64,000 nucleotides of DNA from Eledone cirrhosa (GCA_964016885.1 OZ024741.1:41230001-41294000), one strand, 5' to 3'; counted from the stretch's first letter, positions 1-13,055 are shown. Numbers and translations: made by a program. The notes: generated from the sequence alone by a model not told the origin.

Positions 1-3000
1 CAGGACGGCCAGATTTCTTCAGACGTCTAGAGACCTTTCTTGGAACGTCCCGCTCTTTAGTGGGCGACTGGAACGGTATCTTGGATGCACGCTGGGATTG
101 TGTGGGGCTAGTGGATAGGGGAGGAGGGTGCAAGAGCCTCACCAACCTGCTCAGACATTTTGAACTGTCTGACAGGTATCGACTGCATCACCCGAATGTG
201 CCAATGTGGACATGGACAAACTGCATCGGGTCATCCAGATCGTATCTCGATAGGGTATTCTGCAGAGAACTAGATAAGGCTAGTATAAGTTGTCCACAAT
301 TTAAAATAGTCGACTACACAGACCACAAATTTGTGATCTGTGAGACCGACCTAGACAGACTTCATAGACAAGGATCTGGTTACTGGAAGCTGAACGCGTC
401 TTTCCCGGTGCACAAAGCCTACAGGCACCGGATTAGCATATTAGTTAAGCGGGCGTTGATGGGAGCAGTCGTCAACAACAGCTGGTGGTTCGCCCTGTAA
501 AGGGCAATTAAAGTAGAGTCGATTAGGTTTAGCAAAGGACTAGTGATAGAGGAAAATAGAGTAGAGGGAGAGCTAGTCAGAAACCTAGAAGAGGCGTTTA
601 GGACAGGCATCGCAACCGACGTGCTTGCGGCGAGATTGGCACTCGACCAATTCTTCTACGCAAAACATGACGCTGCGTTGTCAGAGCTAGAGCGCGTGCT
701 CTGAAACACGAGGGGACAAAAGCCGTCCAATGGGCCCGGGTGGCAGAGGTGCGACATGGCAACAATTCGGTCTTTGTCTGACCAAAACGGGCGCGTGTTG
801 CTCGAATCCAAGCAGATGTGTAAGGCTTTTCAGCAGCACTTTGCTGAACTGTTTGGGAGCAGCGGCGGGCCGGATCAGGGCATGGACTTCAGTGCATACC
901 TCGACAGACTGCCTCGGCTCTCGACGACCGAAGCACAGTGTTGCGAAAAGCCAACAACAGCCGGTGAAATATGGGAAGCGATGGGTAACTGCACAAGGGG
1001 TATATCGCTAGGTTTGGATGGTCTGCCCTACAAGCTTTATGCATTTATGCCAGACTTGTTCAGTGACCTCTTGGCAGATGTCTACTGCAACTGGCAGCAG
1101 AACGGGAGCATTCCCAGTTTTGTGAGCCGGGGAGCGATGGCGCTGCTGAGAAAAGACCCGAACAAGGGGGATAATTATCGATAACTTCAGGCCCATAACC
1201 CTGCTAAACGCAGAGTTCAAGATTTTGGCCAAGGCGTTAGCAACGAGGTTGGCACTTGTTGTCGAGGGTCTGGTGGGAGAGGCGCAGACATGTGCCATTC
1301 TGGACAGATCCATACACGACAACCTCCACCTCATGCGATACATTGTAGAGAGTGTGGTTAAGGAACCTGGCACGGGTGGGGCCCTGATCAACTTTGATCA
1401 ATCCAAAACATTCGATAGGGTTGACCATCGCTACCTGGCGGCGGTCCTCAAGGCAGCCGGATTTAGGCCCGTTTTCAGGGGTTGGATCGCTGCGATGTAC
1501 AGCGACATCTGCTCAGTTGTGAGGGTGAATGGTCACCTGTCACAGCCAATCAGCATCATGCGCTCAGTCCGCCAGTGTTGTCCCCTCTCGTCCCTCTTGT
1601 ACGTATTGGCTCTCGAGCCGTTACTGCACAAACTGGGGGTGATGAGGGGCGTCCCATGCGAACTAGTATGCGGGAAATCCGAGTCGGCTTACGCCGACGT
1701 AGTCACCGTTGTGGTGTCGAGCACTAGACACGTCCAGATGCTCAGCACCACTCTCAAGGAATACGAAGCGGTGACAGGAGCAAAGATAAACCAGGAAAAT
1801 TCGGTGGGCTTGCAGCTCAGCACCTTGAGAGGCAAGTCCATGCTGTCCGACAGCGATTTAGGGCGTTGGATGGACGGACCGGTTAAATTGCTCGGGGTCT
1901 GGTTTGGACCGGACCTCCAGATGGAGAAAAACTGGAGCGAGGTGACGAGCAGGGTGGCCTCCCTCACCCAGAAATGGGCTGAGAGGAAGCTGTCCCTGAC
2001 AGGCCGGGCGGAGGTGGTGAATGCGTACATCACATCCGTCATCTGCTACTGCCTCACCATCGTCCCTTGCTCCGGCCCAACTCTCACCAAAATGGAGCGC
2101 CTCCTCTTCCACTTTTTGTGGAAGGGATGCGCTCCCATGGTCAGATGATCCATCTGCTGTCAACACCCATTGCGTGGAGGACTGGGCATGCCATGGCTGA
2201 TGATGCGCAAACATGCGCTGAGGCTGTGACATCTCTGGTGCTTCCTTGACGGTGAACAGGTGTGGTCGCCGTTCGCCAGGCACATTTTCCCACAGCTCGT
2301 CTCCTTGACGGAGTTGCAGTCCTGGATCAGGAAAAGACCGAGGGATAGCGCTTGGAAACTGGAATTTCTCCAGGCACTCACCGCCCTCTGCCAGCTGGGC
2401 ACGGCGTTCTTTAGAGGACTAGTGGAGGGAAGAGCGACGACGTTCTCGGAGAGATCCTGGGCGTCGAAGATCAGCTGTTTGCTCTCTTCCGGAGAACTTT
2501 CAGTCCAGGGCCTATGGATAACTTCCAAAAATCCCTGGCCTGTCAGTGCTACTGGGGAGCATTGTCGGTCCGAGATTAGCTCTACAGGCACGGAAGTGCC
2601 ATCAGCCAAGCCTGTCCGAGATGCGCGCAGAGCGACGAAACCGTCATGCACGCACTCGTTCAGTGCCCGAGCATTGCTGACTTGTGGAGCTATGTCGAAC
2701 AGTTTCTGTCGCATGTAGGACTGATCCGGTTATCGACTTAGTCCATTGTGCAGATGGTCTCGCCGTCTTTCTTTCGAGGAGGAAGGGCAGGCGGTTTTCA
2801 TCTGCCTGGTGGCCATGGCAAAAGAGATTGTGTGGTGGACAAGGTTAAAAGGGTTAAAGACAGACACTTTTCTCTTCGGCGAATCCCTACTTAATCTTTT
2901 CAAGTTTCACTTGAAGAGGAAAATCAGGGTAGAGAAGCAAGTGCTGCCTTCTAGCAAGTTTGTTGAAAGGTGGGTGAATGTAGCGAGAATGGTCCGAGTG

Positions 3001-3345
3001 AACGGTACTGCTCTGAATATACACCTGTAGTTTGAGAAATGGATAAATTGAGAGAGGGCGCTTGCCCTGGTGGTCAGGGTAGCCGTGGTCTTTTGTGTGG
3101 TTTTCGCGATGAGTAACCCTTGGAGGTTTCACCCCTATTGTGGAATTTTTCATTGTTTCAATTTTCATTTTTATTGTTTATATATATATATATGTTTCTG
3201 TCTTTTTTCTTTTTCTTTTCTTATATAAATAATAAAAATCTTTACACGCACAAAACCCACATCGTACTGTCCTGTACCGTCCTGTGCCGTCTGTAATGTT
3301 TTTCTTGATGTCAGCCCTTGTGGCCAATAAAGAAATCATTATTAT
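1..3345 (+). mobile_element. Tx1/L1-clade non-LTR retrotransposon, frameshifted ORF2 (APE-RT-zinc knuckle) plus 3' UTR; runs off the window start
   Basis: ORF pieces contain GDWN.ILD, SYLDR, YTDHK, GYWKLN (APE); GLDGLP, RPITLLNAEFKILAKALATRL, DQSKTFDRVDH, VRQCCPLS, YADVV (RT); CPRCAQSDETVMHALVQCP near 2613-2670. Stop at 3030, AATAAA 3326-3331, then (ATT)n. Confidence 0.9.
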
Positions 3346-3491
3346 TATCATTAGTCTCCTTTTAATTATATATTTATTAATTATTATTATCATTTTTATT
3401 ATTAGTTGCCTTATACTGAAATGTGCATGTGATTACTTTTTAATTTCAACATATATTCTAGTCTAACCGTTAAGCCAGAATTAATTACATA

Positions 3492-3674
3492 GGCGGTGGA
3501 TTGGCAGTATCGGTAGAGGGTCGGACGCCATGCTTTCCAGCATAGTTATGTCCCTTTACGATCTGAGTTCAAATCCCACCGCGGTTGACTTTGCCTTTCA
3601 TCCTTACGGCGTCGATAAAATAAAGTACCAGTAATGCACTGGGTAATTGCTGGCCTTGTGCCTAAAGTAGAAAC
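3492..3674 (+). mobile_element. tRNA-derived SINE, family A, full length
   Basis: A-box-like TGGCAGTATCGG, B-box GAGTTCAAATCC, central GCCTTTCATCCTTACGGCGTCGATAAAATAAAGTACCAG; 13-bp TSD AATTAATTACATA at 3479-3491 and 3675-3687; more than 10 copies in the window. Confidence 0.9.
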
Positions 3675-3794
3675 AATTAATTACATAAGCAAGTGTCGTA
3701 GAATCAATCATGTGTTTCAATGGTGTTGCTTGTTGATTTGTTTATTTGTTTATTAGCATCATTAGTAACATTATTATTACTATTATTATTATTA

Positions 3795-4062
3795 TTCTTT
3801 GAGTCTCAGTCATTGATGTTATTTAACTAGAAAGTTTGTTGAAATGAATATCAAGCCGTTACCTGCAGCCTCAGATATTCAGGATGTATTGGAGGGTTCT
3901 TGCTGTTTCCAGCAAGCATGCCTTTTGAAGTGTTCCAAAAAACGGGACGGGACCAATTTTCTTTAACCATCCTTGGAAACTCTTTGAGATAGTACCTAGT
4001 GCGCCTATGACAATCGGGACCATTTTGACCTCATGGCAGTTCCAAATCCTTTTTACCTCCCA
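3795..4062 (-). mobile_element. R4/Dong-like LINE 3' fragment
   Basis: Homologous to 4130-4395 (RLE C-terminus plus 3' UTR); flanked by (TAA)n-type tracts. Confidence 0.8.
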
Positions 4063-4129
4063 CTATTATTAGTGTTATTATTATTGTAACTATTATTATC
4101 ATTATTATTGTTATTATTATTATTATTAT

Positions 4130-4661
4130 TCCTTGAATCTCAGTCATTGATGTTGGTTAACTGGAAAGTCCGTTGGAATGAATATCAAGCCACTACCTGC
4201 AGCCTCAGATATTCAGGACGTATCGGAGGGTTCTTGCTGTTCCCAGCAAGCATGCCTTTTGAAGCATTCCAAAAAGCGTGAAGGGGCCAATTTTCTTTAA
4301 CCATCCCTGGAAACTTTTGGAGATAGTCCCCAGTGCGCCTATGACAATCGGGATCACTTTCACTTCATGGCAGTTCCAAATCCTTTTTACCTCCCACTTT
4401 AAGTCCTGGTATCGGTTAATTTTCTCCCTCTCCTTCTCTTGCACTCTCGTGTCGAATGGGCAGGCCACATCCACAATCAGGCACGATCTTTTTTCTTTGT
4501 CCACAACCACCAGGTCAGGTCTATTGTGTTCCAGTTTATTGTCCGTCTGTATCCTAAAATCCCACAGCACCTTCACCTGATCGTTCTCCATCACCGCCTC
4601 TGGCCTATGCTCATACCATTTCTCAGAATGTGGTAAATTGTTTACTTTGCACAGGTGCCAG
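4130..4661 (-). mobile_element. R4/Dong-like LINE 3' end with restriction-like endonuclease domain
   Basis: ORF 4205-4594: LWDFRIQTD..HNRPDLVVVDK..IVDVACP..EKINRYQDL..PIVIGALG..LQKACLLGTA; (TAA)n tracts on both sides. Confidence 0.9.
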
Positions 4662-5189
4662 TTATTATTATTATTGTTATTATTATTGTTATTATTATTA
4701 TTATTATTAACGAAGCTGTGATTGTGTTCCTAATAATTGAAAATTTCAGTTGAAGATATTTGTCTTAATTTTGGTCTGACACGAAATATAATCAGGAATT
4801 AACTGCATTAATAAACATGATGTATGTATGTATAGATGCATGCATGTGTGTGTGTATAGATGGATGGGTGTATGTGTATGTATGTATGTAGATGTGTATA
4901 TGTGCATATGTATGTATACATGTGTGCATCATCATCATCATCATCATAATTTTACGTCCACTTTTCCACACTAGCATGGGTTAGACGGTTGTCCTGTTGG
5001 GTTGTGTCTAGTCGGCTGACAAGAACTGATTCTGGCTTGATTTCTAAAGCTGGATGCTCTTCCTAACACCAACCTCATTTACAGTGAGTACTGGGTGCTT
5101 TTTTTCCATGGCGCCTACACGGATGGCTGGTACACGGATGGCGGTAAAAGAGTAAAAGAGTATATGCGTGTATATCATTTCATTTTCAT

Positions 5190-5496
5190 TTCATTTTACG
5201 TCCGCTTTTCCCTGCTTGCAAGGGTGGAACGGGAACTGATTCTGGCTTGATTTCTACAGCTGGATGCCCTTCCTAACACCAACCTCATTTACAGTGAGTG
5301 CTGGGTGCTTTTTTGCCGTGGCACCTCCACGACCACTTTGCAGTCCCTATCATCTCATTTCTACAGCTGAGTAAACTGGAGCAATGTGAAATAAAGTGTC
5401 TTGCTCAAGGAAACAACACATCACCCGGTCTGAGAATTGAACTAACAACCTTTCGATTGCAAGGCCAATGCTCTAATCACTAAGCCATGTGCCTCC
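5190..5496 (-). mobile_element. CORE-type tRNA SINE with RTE-derived tail, family B
   Basis: Reverse complement of the 25917-26311 and 46844-47200 copies. Confidence 0.85.
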
Positions 5497-5503
5497 ATCT
5501 ATA

Positions 5504-5541
<38 letters not shown>

Positions 5542-5648
5542 TATGTGTGTGTATATTTATATATATATATACATATATATATACATATATGTATACATAT
5601 ATTTATATGTATATATATATATATACATACATACATACATACATATAT

Positions 5649-5689
<41 letters not shown>

Positions 5690-6404
5690 CATATATATAT
5701 ATATATATATGCATATATGTGTATATATATATATATGTATGTATGCATATTTATATGTGTGTGTGCTGATGTAGATATGTATATATTCAAATATCTAAAT
5801 CAGTGGCTATACATGCTTCAATAAAATAAATAAATGACACTATAAAATTAGTAATTTTCAATAAAACCATTTTTCTTTTTAGTTTTGCTTTTCATTAAAT
5901 CATTACCACAAAGTTCTTTAATAGAATTGCTTGACATATTAAGGTGGAGATAAATTGATTCTTTCATGTAACACATTTGAATTCAGATTCTTTGCATTGG
6001 CTTTTACTGATAACAACTTTACTCTGGTCACATAAATTCTTTGATCTTTCTGGCCATATTTCTGATGAAAGACAATACCAAGTATTTTCAAACCATTATG
6101 AAAATAATCAACAATTTGTAGGGATTTAATGATATAATAAACTTTCTCATTTTTATTCCGGTAAAATTATGATGGAAGATTTTTAGATATAAATATAAAC
6201 ATTTAAAAGATCAAAGAGACATACACCCCTAGAGGTAACATATGCTGCCTAAAGCTGATGTATTTTAATGAGAAGATGATTGCTGCCATCAGACAAGCCG
6301 TTTGTAGGGTACACTTGGAACCTTCATTGAAGATACTGCTACACAGACACCAACATGTGTATACTTCCTAGTTGTTCCATCGACAATGCAGAAGTGTGCA
6401 TGAG

Positions 6405-6670
6405 AGTGTATGTGTTCTAGAATGTAACATGTAATAAAATGTAGCTCCTCGTACATCGAAAGTACCATCCGAATGTTGCACATAGAGACCAGGGAGCACA
6501 TGATGATGAGAGTTTCTTATTTAAAAAAAAACATTTTGACAGATCCCGCAGCCAGGACATTTAGGTCACCATAGAGACAACAGAAAGGAATGTGGGTAAT
6601 TTAAGAATCAAAGAGGCCATTATCATCAACAAGAAGAAACACAGATAAACAACAGATTGGAAGTGCATGG
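6405..6670 (+). mobile_element. Degenerate Penelope-like GIY-YIG endonuclease remnant
   Basis: Reads CSSSYIESTIRMLHIETREH..KHF and ETTERNVGNLRIKEAIIINKKK, matching the C..YIG.T.R.L..R..EH and L.I.EAI.I pattern of PLE endonucleases; frameshifted. Confidence 0.6.
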
Positions 6671-7257
6671 AGTAGATTGGCTAGTATAACGACTCCTCGC
6701 ATGTGTATTTCAGACACACAGACCAGTTAAAGAAGAATACATTGATTTGTTTTTGTTTTTAACCGTTTATATCTACCACACAAATAGAACTCACAAAGAT
6801 TTGAATTCAAAAGGTAAAGAGCTGAAACTGATACTGTGAGGTATTTCATCGAATACACAAAGAATTTTGTTACATCACTGCACTGGATTGGTGCTTTATT
6901 ATAGCAACACTGAAAGGAGGAAAGGTAAGTGTTGTATTTGTCTAAACATTTCCTATCATAATTTTATGTAAGAACCTTTGTTAAACAATGTTCCAAGAAC
7001 CAGCTTAATAATGAGAAAATTATTATAGTTATATTACTAAATACCTCCAAATTCCTTATTTGCAAATCATAGGCAGTGTCTTTCATTAGAAATATGGCAA
7101 TAAAAGATTTCAAATGCATAAGCCAACTGTGTAACAAGGGCTGGAAAGGGTTAGAAAGATTTCAATGCATATTTTCTAGTTATTCTAGAATCTAAAGACA
7201 TACTCCCCACCCTTATTTTTGGTCTCCATTAAATCATTATTTTTAATGGCATAACAG

Positions 7258-7612
7258 TCATGACGGCGGTGATGATGATAATGATAATACTAGTATTGGT
7301 GGTAATGACAACAATGATGATGGTGATGATTATAGTGATAATGATGATATCAATGATGATGATGATGATGATAAAAATGATGATGGTGATGATGATAGCG
7401 ATGATGATGATGATAAAAATGCTGATGGTGATGATGATGATGATGTCAATGATGAAGACGATAGTAGTGATAATGATTATGATGATGTGCATGTTGTGAT
7501 GGAAGTGTAATGCAGTATAGTGGCGATGATAGTGATGATGATGATGATGATGATGTTGATGATGATGACGGTAATGATGGTGATGACAACAACAATGCTG
7601 ATGGTGGTGTTA
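7258..7612. repeat. Imperfect (GAT)n microsatellite
   Basis: Direct inspection. Confidence 0.95.
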
Positions 7613-7816
7613 GTAAGAAGTAAATTATAGGTTTCCAAAAACAGACTTCACTGAACTGTTGAAATCAGTTGGATATTCCAGTCATCCATCAGAACAGAGG
7701 AAGAAACTTTTGACATGAAAACTAATTTGCATTTATGTTATGCCAGGGTGTGTGTGTGTGTGTGTGTGCATGAATGCATGTATGTATCTATGTCAGGGTT
7801 TATGTATGTGTGTGTG

Positions 7817-7858
<42 letters not shown>

Positions 7859-8126
7859 GGTTTGTTGGTTCACCACTGGATAGAACTGGTCATTCCGTAT
7901 AGTCAACCGTGATGTAATATTAGGAAAAGCACTCAACGTAATGCAACTCATCCATTGTCATTTATGTTGAATCGTGTTGGTGATGCGAGAAAGGAGTTAA
8001 TTATTGCGGTCATCCAGACTGGCAACTTGCTGACTGTGGCCGCCCTCAGGTCTTAAACATTTCCCTCTACTTTTCAGCCCCTTGGATTGTGTCTACCATT
8101 ATTATATTCCATTATTAGATAAATTT

Positions 8127-8309
8127 CGGTAGATTGGCAGTATCAGTAGAGAGTCGAACGCCATGCTGTCCAGCATAGTTATGTCCCTTTATGGTCTGAG
8201 TTCAAGTCCCGCCGAGATTAACTTTGCCTTTCATCCTTACGGGGTCGATAAAATAAAGTACCAGTAATGTACTGGGTAATTGCTGGCCTTGTGCCAAAAA
8301 GTAGAAACA
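8127..8309 (+). mobile_element. SINE family A nested in the P1 element
   Basis: 16-bp TSD ATTATTAGATAAATTT at 8111-8126 and 8310-8325. Confidence 0.9.
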
Positions 8310-8328
8310 ATTATTAGATAAATTTTGT

Positions 8329-8388
8329 AACACCTGATGATGTCACCAAGTTCTTACAGAACCTAGTCATTGAAATGTGCATAGTGTT
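8329..8388 (+). ncRNA. Type I hammerhead ribozyme (minimal stem III)
   Basis: AACAC-CTGATGA-[31 nt, weak stem II]-GAAA-TGTGCA-TA-GTGTT; stem I AACAC/GTGTT, near-palindromic stem III, NUH=ATA. Confidence 0.7.
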
Positions 8389-8438
8389 TATAATAAATCT
8401 TCAAGGAATTTCACCAGTCCAGCCTGTCATTTTACTCA

Positions 8439-8477
<39 letters not shown>

Positions 8478-8949
8478 ATGTATAGTGTAAAAGATTAAGT
8501 GAATTACTGGTGTTGATACCAAAGCAGGCACTCTATGCACAGGCATGTAAACGAAACTTCCTGAGAGAGAGAGAGAGTTGAAAATGCAATTGGGGTCTTT
8601 AAGAAGGTTTATTGGTTTCATAATTTTTATGATTTTCAAAAGTTAAGAGAGATAGAGAGATGTATGGCTATGCTGACATGTATCTCACATCTAACTGATG
8701 TGATTTTCTTTCAGTTTTATGCAAAAAAAAGTGGCTCAGATTGCTACATGTTTGAAGAACAATTTGATAAGTCATGTGATTAGGCTTCGAATATTTTGGA
8801 AATTTGGTGCCAAAAATCAGGAGTGTCATGTTTATTTTTATACAGAAAAGTGGCTCAAGTTTAAAGTATAATTTGCTAGGCTGAGGATCATCACGTGATT
8901 AGGCACCGACTTTGGTGGTATTTCTGTGACAAAAAAGCAGGTGTGTTAT

Positions 8950-9250
8950 GTTTTAGTGAATATGGACAGGAAGGATCTGCTACACCTTGTGCCAAGGAGA
9001 GTAAGCTCTCCAAATATCGGCTACTCTCCAACAGGTTAGCAGTCAAGCACGTGGCAGTGGAGACTTTTGGTGTCCTTGGCCCTAGAGCCACCTCCCTGCT
9101 TACCATCATCGACACAGAATTTGCTGCCCGCAGCTGTGAGCTTCGTGAGCTGGAATGACTCTTCCCGTACGTCTCACCATCATCCGGGGAAACTCGTTTA
9201 TTCTGTCTGCTGGGGCTGTGGGTCAGCCTGTGCATGGACCCCCATTAGCT
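8950..9250 (+). mobile_element. Degenerate CRE-like restriction-like endonuclease fragment
   Basis: GSAT..AKESKLSKY..VAVETFGVLGPRATSLL resembles the A..AE..K..KY..VET.G..G motif of CRE-clade RLEs. Confidence 0.55.
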
Positions 9251-9920
9251 CACAGTAGTGAGAGATGGGGAGAGTGGGCGAGATGGAGGCGGTGACAGTG
9301 GGAGTCTGGCTCTTGTGTATATATGTGAATATAAGAGATAATGAGTCTTTCCTACTATCAGCATCTTTGTTAAGTTATGTTCCAACCACATATATCCATT
9401 ATATTCATATCTGTTGTGTTCAATAGACAAGGGAAGATGTTATCTTAATGGCAATCCAAAAAATTCAAAAGTACAGGAATTTTGTTCATGCATGTGTGTG
9501 GCTAGTTTTCTGTGGTTTCCTGCTATGTCTCAATAACAATTGGGCAGAGCAAGAGAGAGACACAAGAGAGAGAACAATTGGGGAGAGCAATGACAATAGG
9601 AATTTTATTCTATTATGTTCAGTCCTTTTTAGGAACTTTTTATTGGAGCAGGTTGTTAAAGATTGACATTGAATATTTACAGTACACTAACAAATGTTTG
9701 AGAAATCTAAGCATTACTTACTTTTTTCTGGACAATAACAATAACAATTCAAAATAAAGAAATATATGTCTCTGCACTACACTACCTACTGGACTATAAC
9801 AACCCAATGTACATATGCCCCCACCACACACGTAGAATCACATACAATTCTTGTTCATTTTGCGGAATGGATTATTATTATTATAGTTGTTGTTATGATA
9901 ATGATGATAATGGTAATAAT

Positions 9921-10303
9921 AATTGTTTCTACTTTTGGCACAAGGCCAGCAATTACCAGTGTATTACTGGTACTTTATTTTATCGACCTCGTAAGGATGA
10001 AAGGCAAAGTTAACCTTGGCGGGATTTGAACTCAGACCGTAAAGGGCCCAAACTCTTTGCTGCAAAGCATGGCATCCTACCCTCTACCGATACTGCCAAT
10101 TCACCGCCCTATTGGTAATAATTGTTTCTACTTTTGGCACAAGGCCAGCAATTACCCAGTGTATTACTGGTACTTTATTTTATCGACCCCGTAAGGATGA
10201 AAGGCAAAGTTAACCGCGGCGGGATTTGAACCCATAATGGAAAAGGCTGTAACTCTTTGCGTCAAAGCATGGCGTCCGACCCTTTACCGATACTGCCAAT
10301 CCA
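9921..10303 (-). mobile_element. Two tandem SINE family A copies (about 9921-10110 and 10118-10303)
   Basis: Reverse complement of 3492-3674. Confidence 0.88.
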
Positions 10304-10354
10304 ATGATTATTATTACTTTCTTTGCTGTTGTTGTTATTGTTATTTGGATGTAG

Positions 10355-10612
10355 TAGTGTATGACACCAGTGTATGCAAAGTGCAATACTGCATGGTAGT
10401 GAAACATGGGCAGTGACAGCAGAAGTAGGCTGGAGAGAAATGAAGCAACCATGCTTTGTTGGATGTGGAAGTAAATGTGCAAGAAAGGCACAGCTTGGAT
10501 GAATTGAGGGAAAAGCAGGTTTAAGAGGAATCTGAGGTGGTATGCAGGAGGGAGGACTGCACTGCATTGGTACTGACATGTGATGTGCATGGATGATATG
10601 TTTGGCCTCAGA
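10355..10612 (+). mobile_element. Degenerate RTE LINE fragment
   Basis: Encodes [13 protein letters not shown] and RLERNEA-like segments. Confidence 0.7.
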
Positions 10613-11324
10613 CATTCTTCAATTTGGCCTAATTCCTTAATTCCTTCTGCACCGCTACAACACCACAGCTTTTTTTACCCATCCCCACATAAGTAAAGAA
10701 ACATACAGACACATATACACATTCAATCACTGGTGCAGTCACACACCAATACACACAACCAATCCCAGAAAATATATTAAAAAAAACATAAATAATATAT
10801 ACATATATCATAATGTAATAAAGGGAAGAGTGAAGGACTGTGTCCTGAATATATTTTTATCCCGTTAGTAAAATAAGTTAGATTACTTTGAATAAATAAT
10901 GAATGAATATTACATAATTTATGTACTAAATTTTGTAGCTGTTGATTAAACATAAATATTCTTTTTTTAATGATGGCTTATTTAAAGATTTACTACTTTT
11001 AAAATTTTCAAATGTCAATAATTCTGGTTATGATATAACATACGCTATATCACATCTCTTATATAAACGTTTATATATTTGCATCATTATATCATAATAT
11101 TTATATTTCTGTCGCTAATTTTCTCCTTTTTCATTTTCATTACATTTCAGCCTGATGCAGTTTATATATATCATCTTTTTAAATGTATCATGGATTACTT
11201 TACTGATTACAGAAGAGAGTCTCTCATCAATTTCTAGGCAAATTGTCAATTACGATTTTATTTGACATATCATATCTACATGCATATATATTTGCATATA
11301 ATATCAATATGCACACTACACATG

Positions 11325-11650
11325 CTAGCAGAAAACCACCGAAAGGGTGGTTTTTCTGCTGGTATATAAATAGAATGAATTCATTCTAAAACTTTTCTTT
11401 TGCATCCTATAAAGAACATTTACCATTATATGGACAGCTTATACCCTTATATGAACAACCCATTATTTTACTGACACATCAATCACCTAAGCCACACCCC
11501 TGATGAAACAGCCGATTTACTGTTTATTACCAGCCTGGAACAAGCTGTCCAAATGGCAAGAGCTCAGCCATCAGGCCCCAAATCTCTCTAATATAGTCAT
11601 ACTTTACTATCCCAAGTATTGAGTACCTTGCGGAATAATGGCTTAGTTTA
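11325..11650 (+). mobile_element. PLE pseudo-LTR-like element (family P2) with degenerate hammerhead at 11497-11575
   Basis: CCC-CTGATGA-ACAGC..GCTGT-CAAA(mutated GAAA)-TGGC..GCCA-TC; GTATTGAGTAC at 11616-11626; hairpin at 11325-11362. Confidence 0.65.
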
Positions 11651-11651
11651 A

Positions 11652-11716
<65 letters not shown>

Positions 11717-11764
11717 ATTAAATGACAGGAGACTGGACTTGTGTAAATCCTTGAAAGGTTTATT

Positions 11765-11822
11765 ATGCTATGATCATTTCAATGACCGGCTTCCGTATGA
11801 ATCCAGTGATATCATCAGGTAT
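11765..11822 (-). ncRNA. Type I hammerhead ribozyme within P1 element 11712-12031
   Basis: Minus strand ATAC-CTGATGA-[31 nt]-GAAA-TGATCA-TA-GCAT, then AATAAA; perfect palindrome ATGATCAT in stem III. Confidence 0.7.
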
Positions 11823-12046
11823 TCGAAATATAATAAGTGAATGTAATAGATAAAATCCATGGGGCTGAAAATCAAAGACGGGAGGACGACTGCCATCCAG
11901 CATCTTCCACCTTTGCCAGTTGCCCTCAAGTCGGTTGAACTGCTTTACGTTGAGTACTCTCCATATTATTACATTAAGATTGACCATACGGAATTGACCA
12001 GCTCTATCCAGTGGTGAACCTCAAACCTGAATATATATATATATAT

Positions 12047-12262
12047 ATAACGAAGGAAATGTGGTAACGAACCAGGTGGACCATAACGCACCAAAGTACT
12101 CAATACTTAGGGTAGTAGAGTGGGTAATAGGAACGAGTAGGACCCCGATGGCTGAGCTCAAGCCATTTCGACGGCTAATTCTGGACTAAAAAAAAAGAAA
12201 AAGTCCAGAATTAGCCGTCGAAACGGCTTGAGCTCAGCCGTCGGGGTCCTACTTGTTCCTAT
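12047..12262. mobile_element. Fold-back P2 element; 61-bp inverted arms 12127-12187 / 12202-12262, each with the 3' half of a hammerhead
   Basis: GAAA-CGGCT-TGAGCTC-AGCCG-TC-GGGG on the right arm; (AT)n on both sides; homologous to 26329-26478. Confidence 0.75.
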
Positions 12263-12271
12263 ATATATATC

Positions 12272-12742
12272 AACATCATCATCATCATCATCGTTTAACG
12301 TCCATATTCCACGCTTGCATGGGTTTGGACGGGAGTTTTTCCACTTGAGGCAAAAGTGGTTGTCTTGCTCGCATAGGTCTGTCTGGCGGGTTTTCTACGG
12401 CTGGATGCCCTTCCTAACACCAACCACATTTACAGTGTGGAACTGGGAGGTTTTTACCATGTTACCTACACAGCCACATTACAGCGTGGACTGTGTGTTT
12501 TTTTTGTCATGACACCTACACGACCTCATTTGTTTTGGGCTGGATGTTGTGACACCAACATAACTTTACATTGAAAGGGGTGGTGTGGATAGGGTGGGGG
12601 TAGTGGGACGGGGGTGTATTTTGTTAGAGGTACCTACTGACTGTAGTAGGTTTCACTTTGTACATAGGTAAGGCGGGTCTTCTCTATTACTATGTAGCGC
12701 CAAAGCTCTCGGTCCAGTGACATTGTCTTGGAGAGGTGTAAG
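12272..12742 (-). mobile_element. RTE LINE 3' end (family of 22621-23938)
   Basis: Last codons plus the 3' UTR ending in a (GAT)n tail. Confidence 0.85.
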
Positions 12743-12997
12743 TATATATATATATACATTTATATATATATATATATATACGTTTAAATTTGATGGTTGA
12801 CCACTGGGTAGAAGAATTGGTAATTCTGCAGTGATAACCATGACATAATATGAGAAAAGCACTCAACGTTATGCAACTCATCTATCTTCGATGTTGAATC
12901 ATGGTGGTGGTGTGTGAACGGAGTAAATGTATTATACATATAGAGAAATGACAGGAGGCTAAATATGATGAATTTCCTTTATTTTTAAATACTGTAA

Positions 12998-13055
12998 ACA
13001 CTATGCACATTTCAGTGGCCAGGTTGCGAAAGTACGTGGGGACTTCATCAGGTGT
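12998..13055 (-). ncRNA. Type I hammerhead ribozyme within P1 element 12781-13200
   Basis: Minus strand ACAC-CTGATGA-AGT..ACT-GAAA-TGTGCA-TA-GTGT. Confidence 0.72.

Larger units (their letters stand above)
7856..8438 (+). mobile_element. PLE pseudo-LTR-like non-coding element (family P1) in (AT)n, interrupted by a SINE
   Basis: Homologous to 11712-12031 and 12781-13200; contains a hammerhead followed by AATAAA at 8392; (AT)n on both sides. Confidence 0.7.

Noticed and set aside
5965-6061. Candidate minus-strand terminal exon (IWPERSKNLCDQ..CKESEFKCVT)
   Set aside because: Short, wrong phase for the known exon and no family match I can support.
6056-6105. CTGATGA followed by a small hairpin
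   Set aside because: No properly placed GAAA, stem III or NUH.
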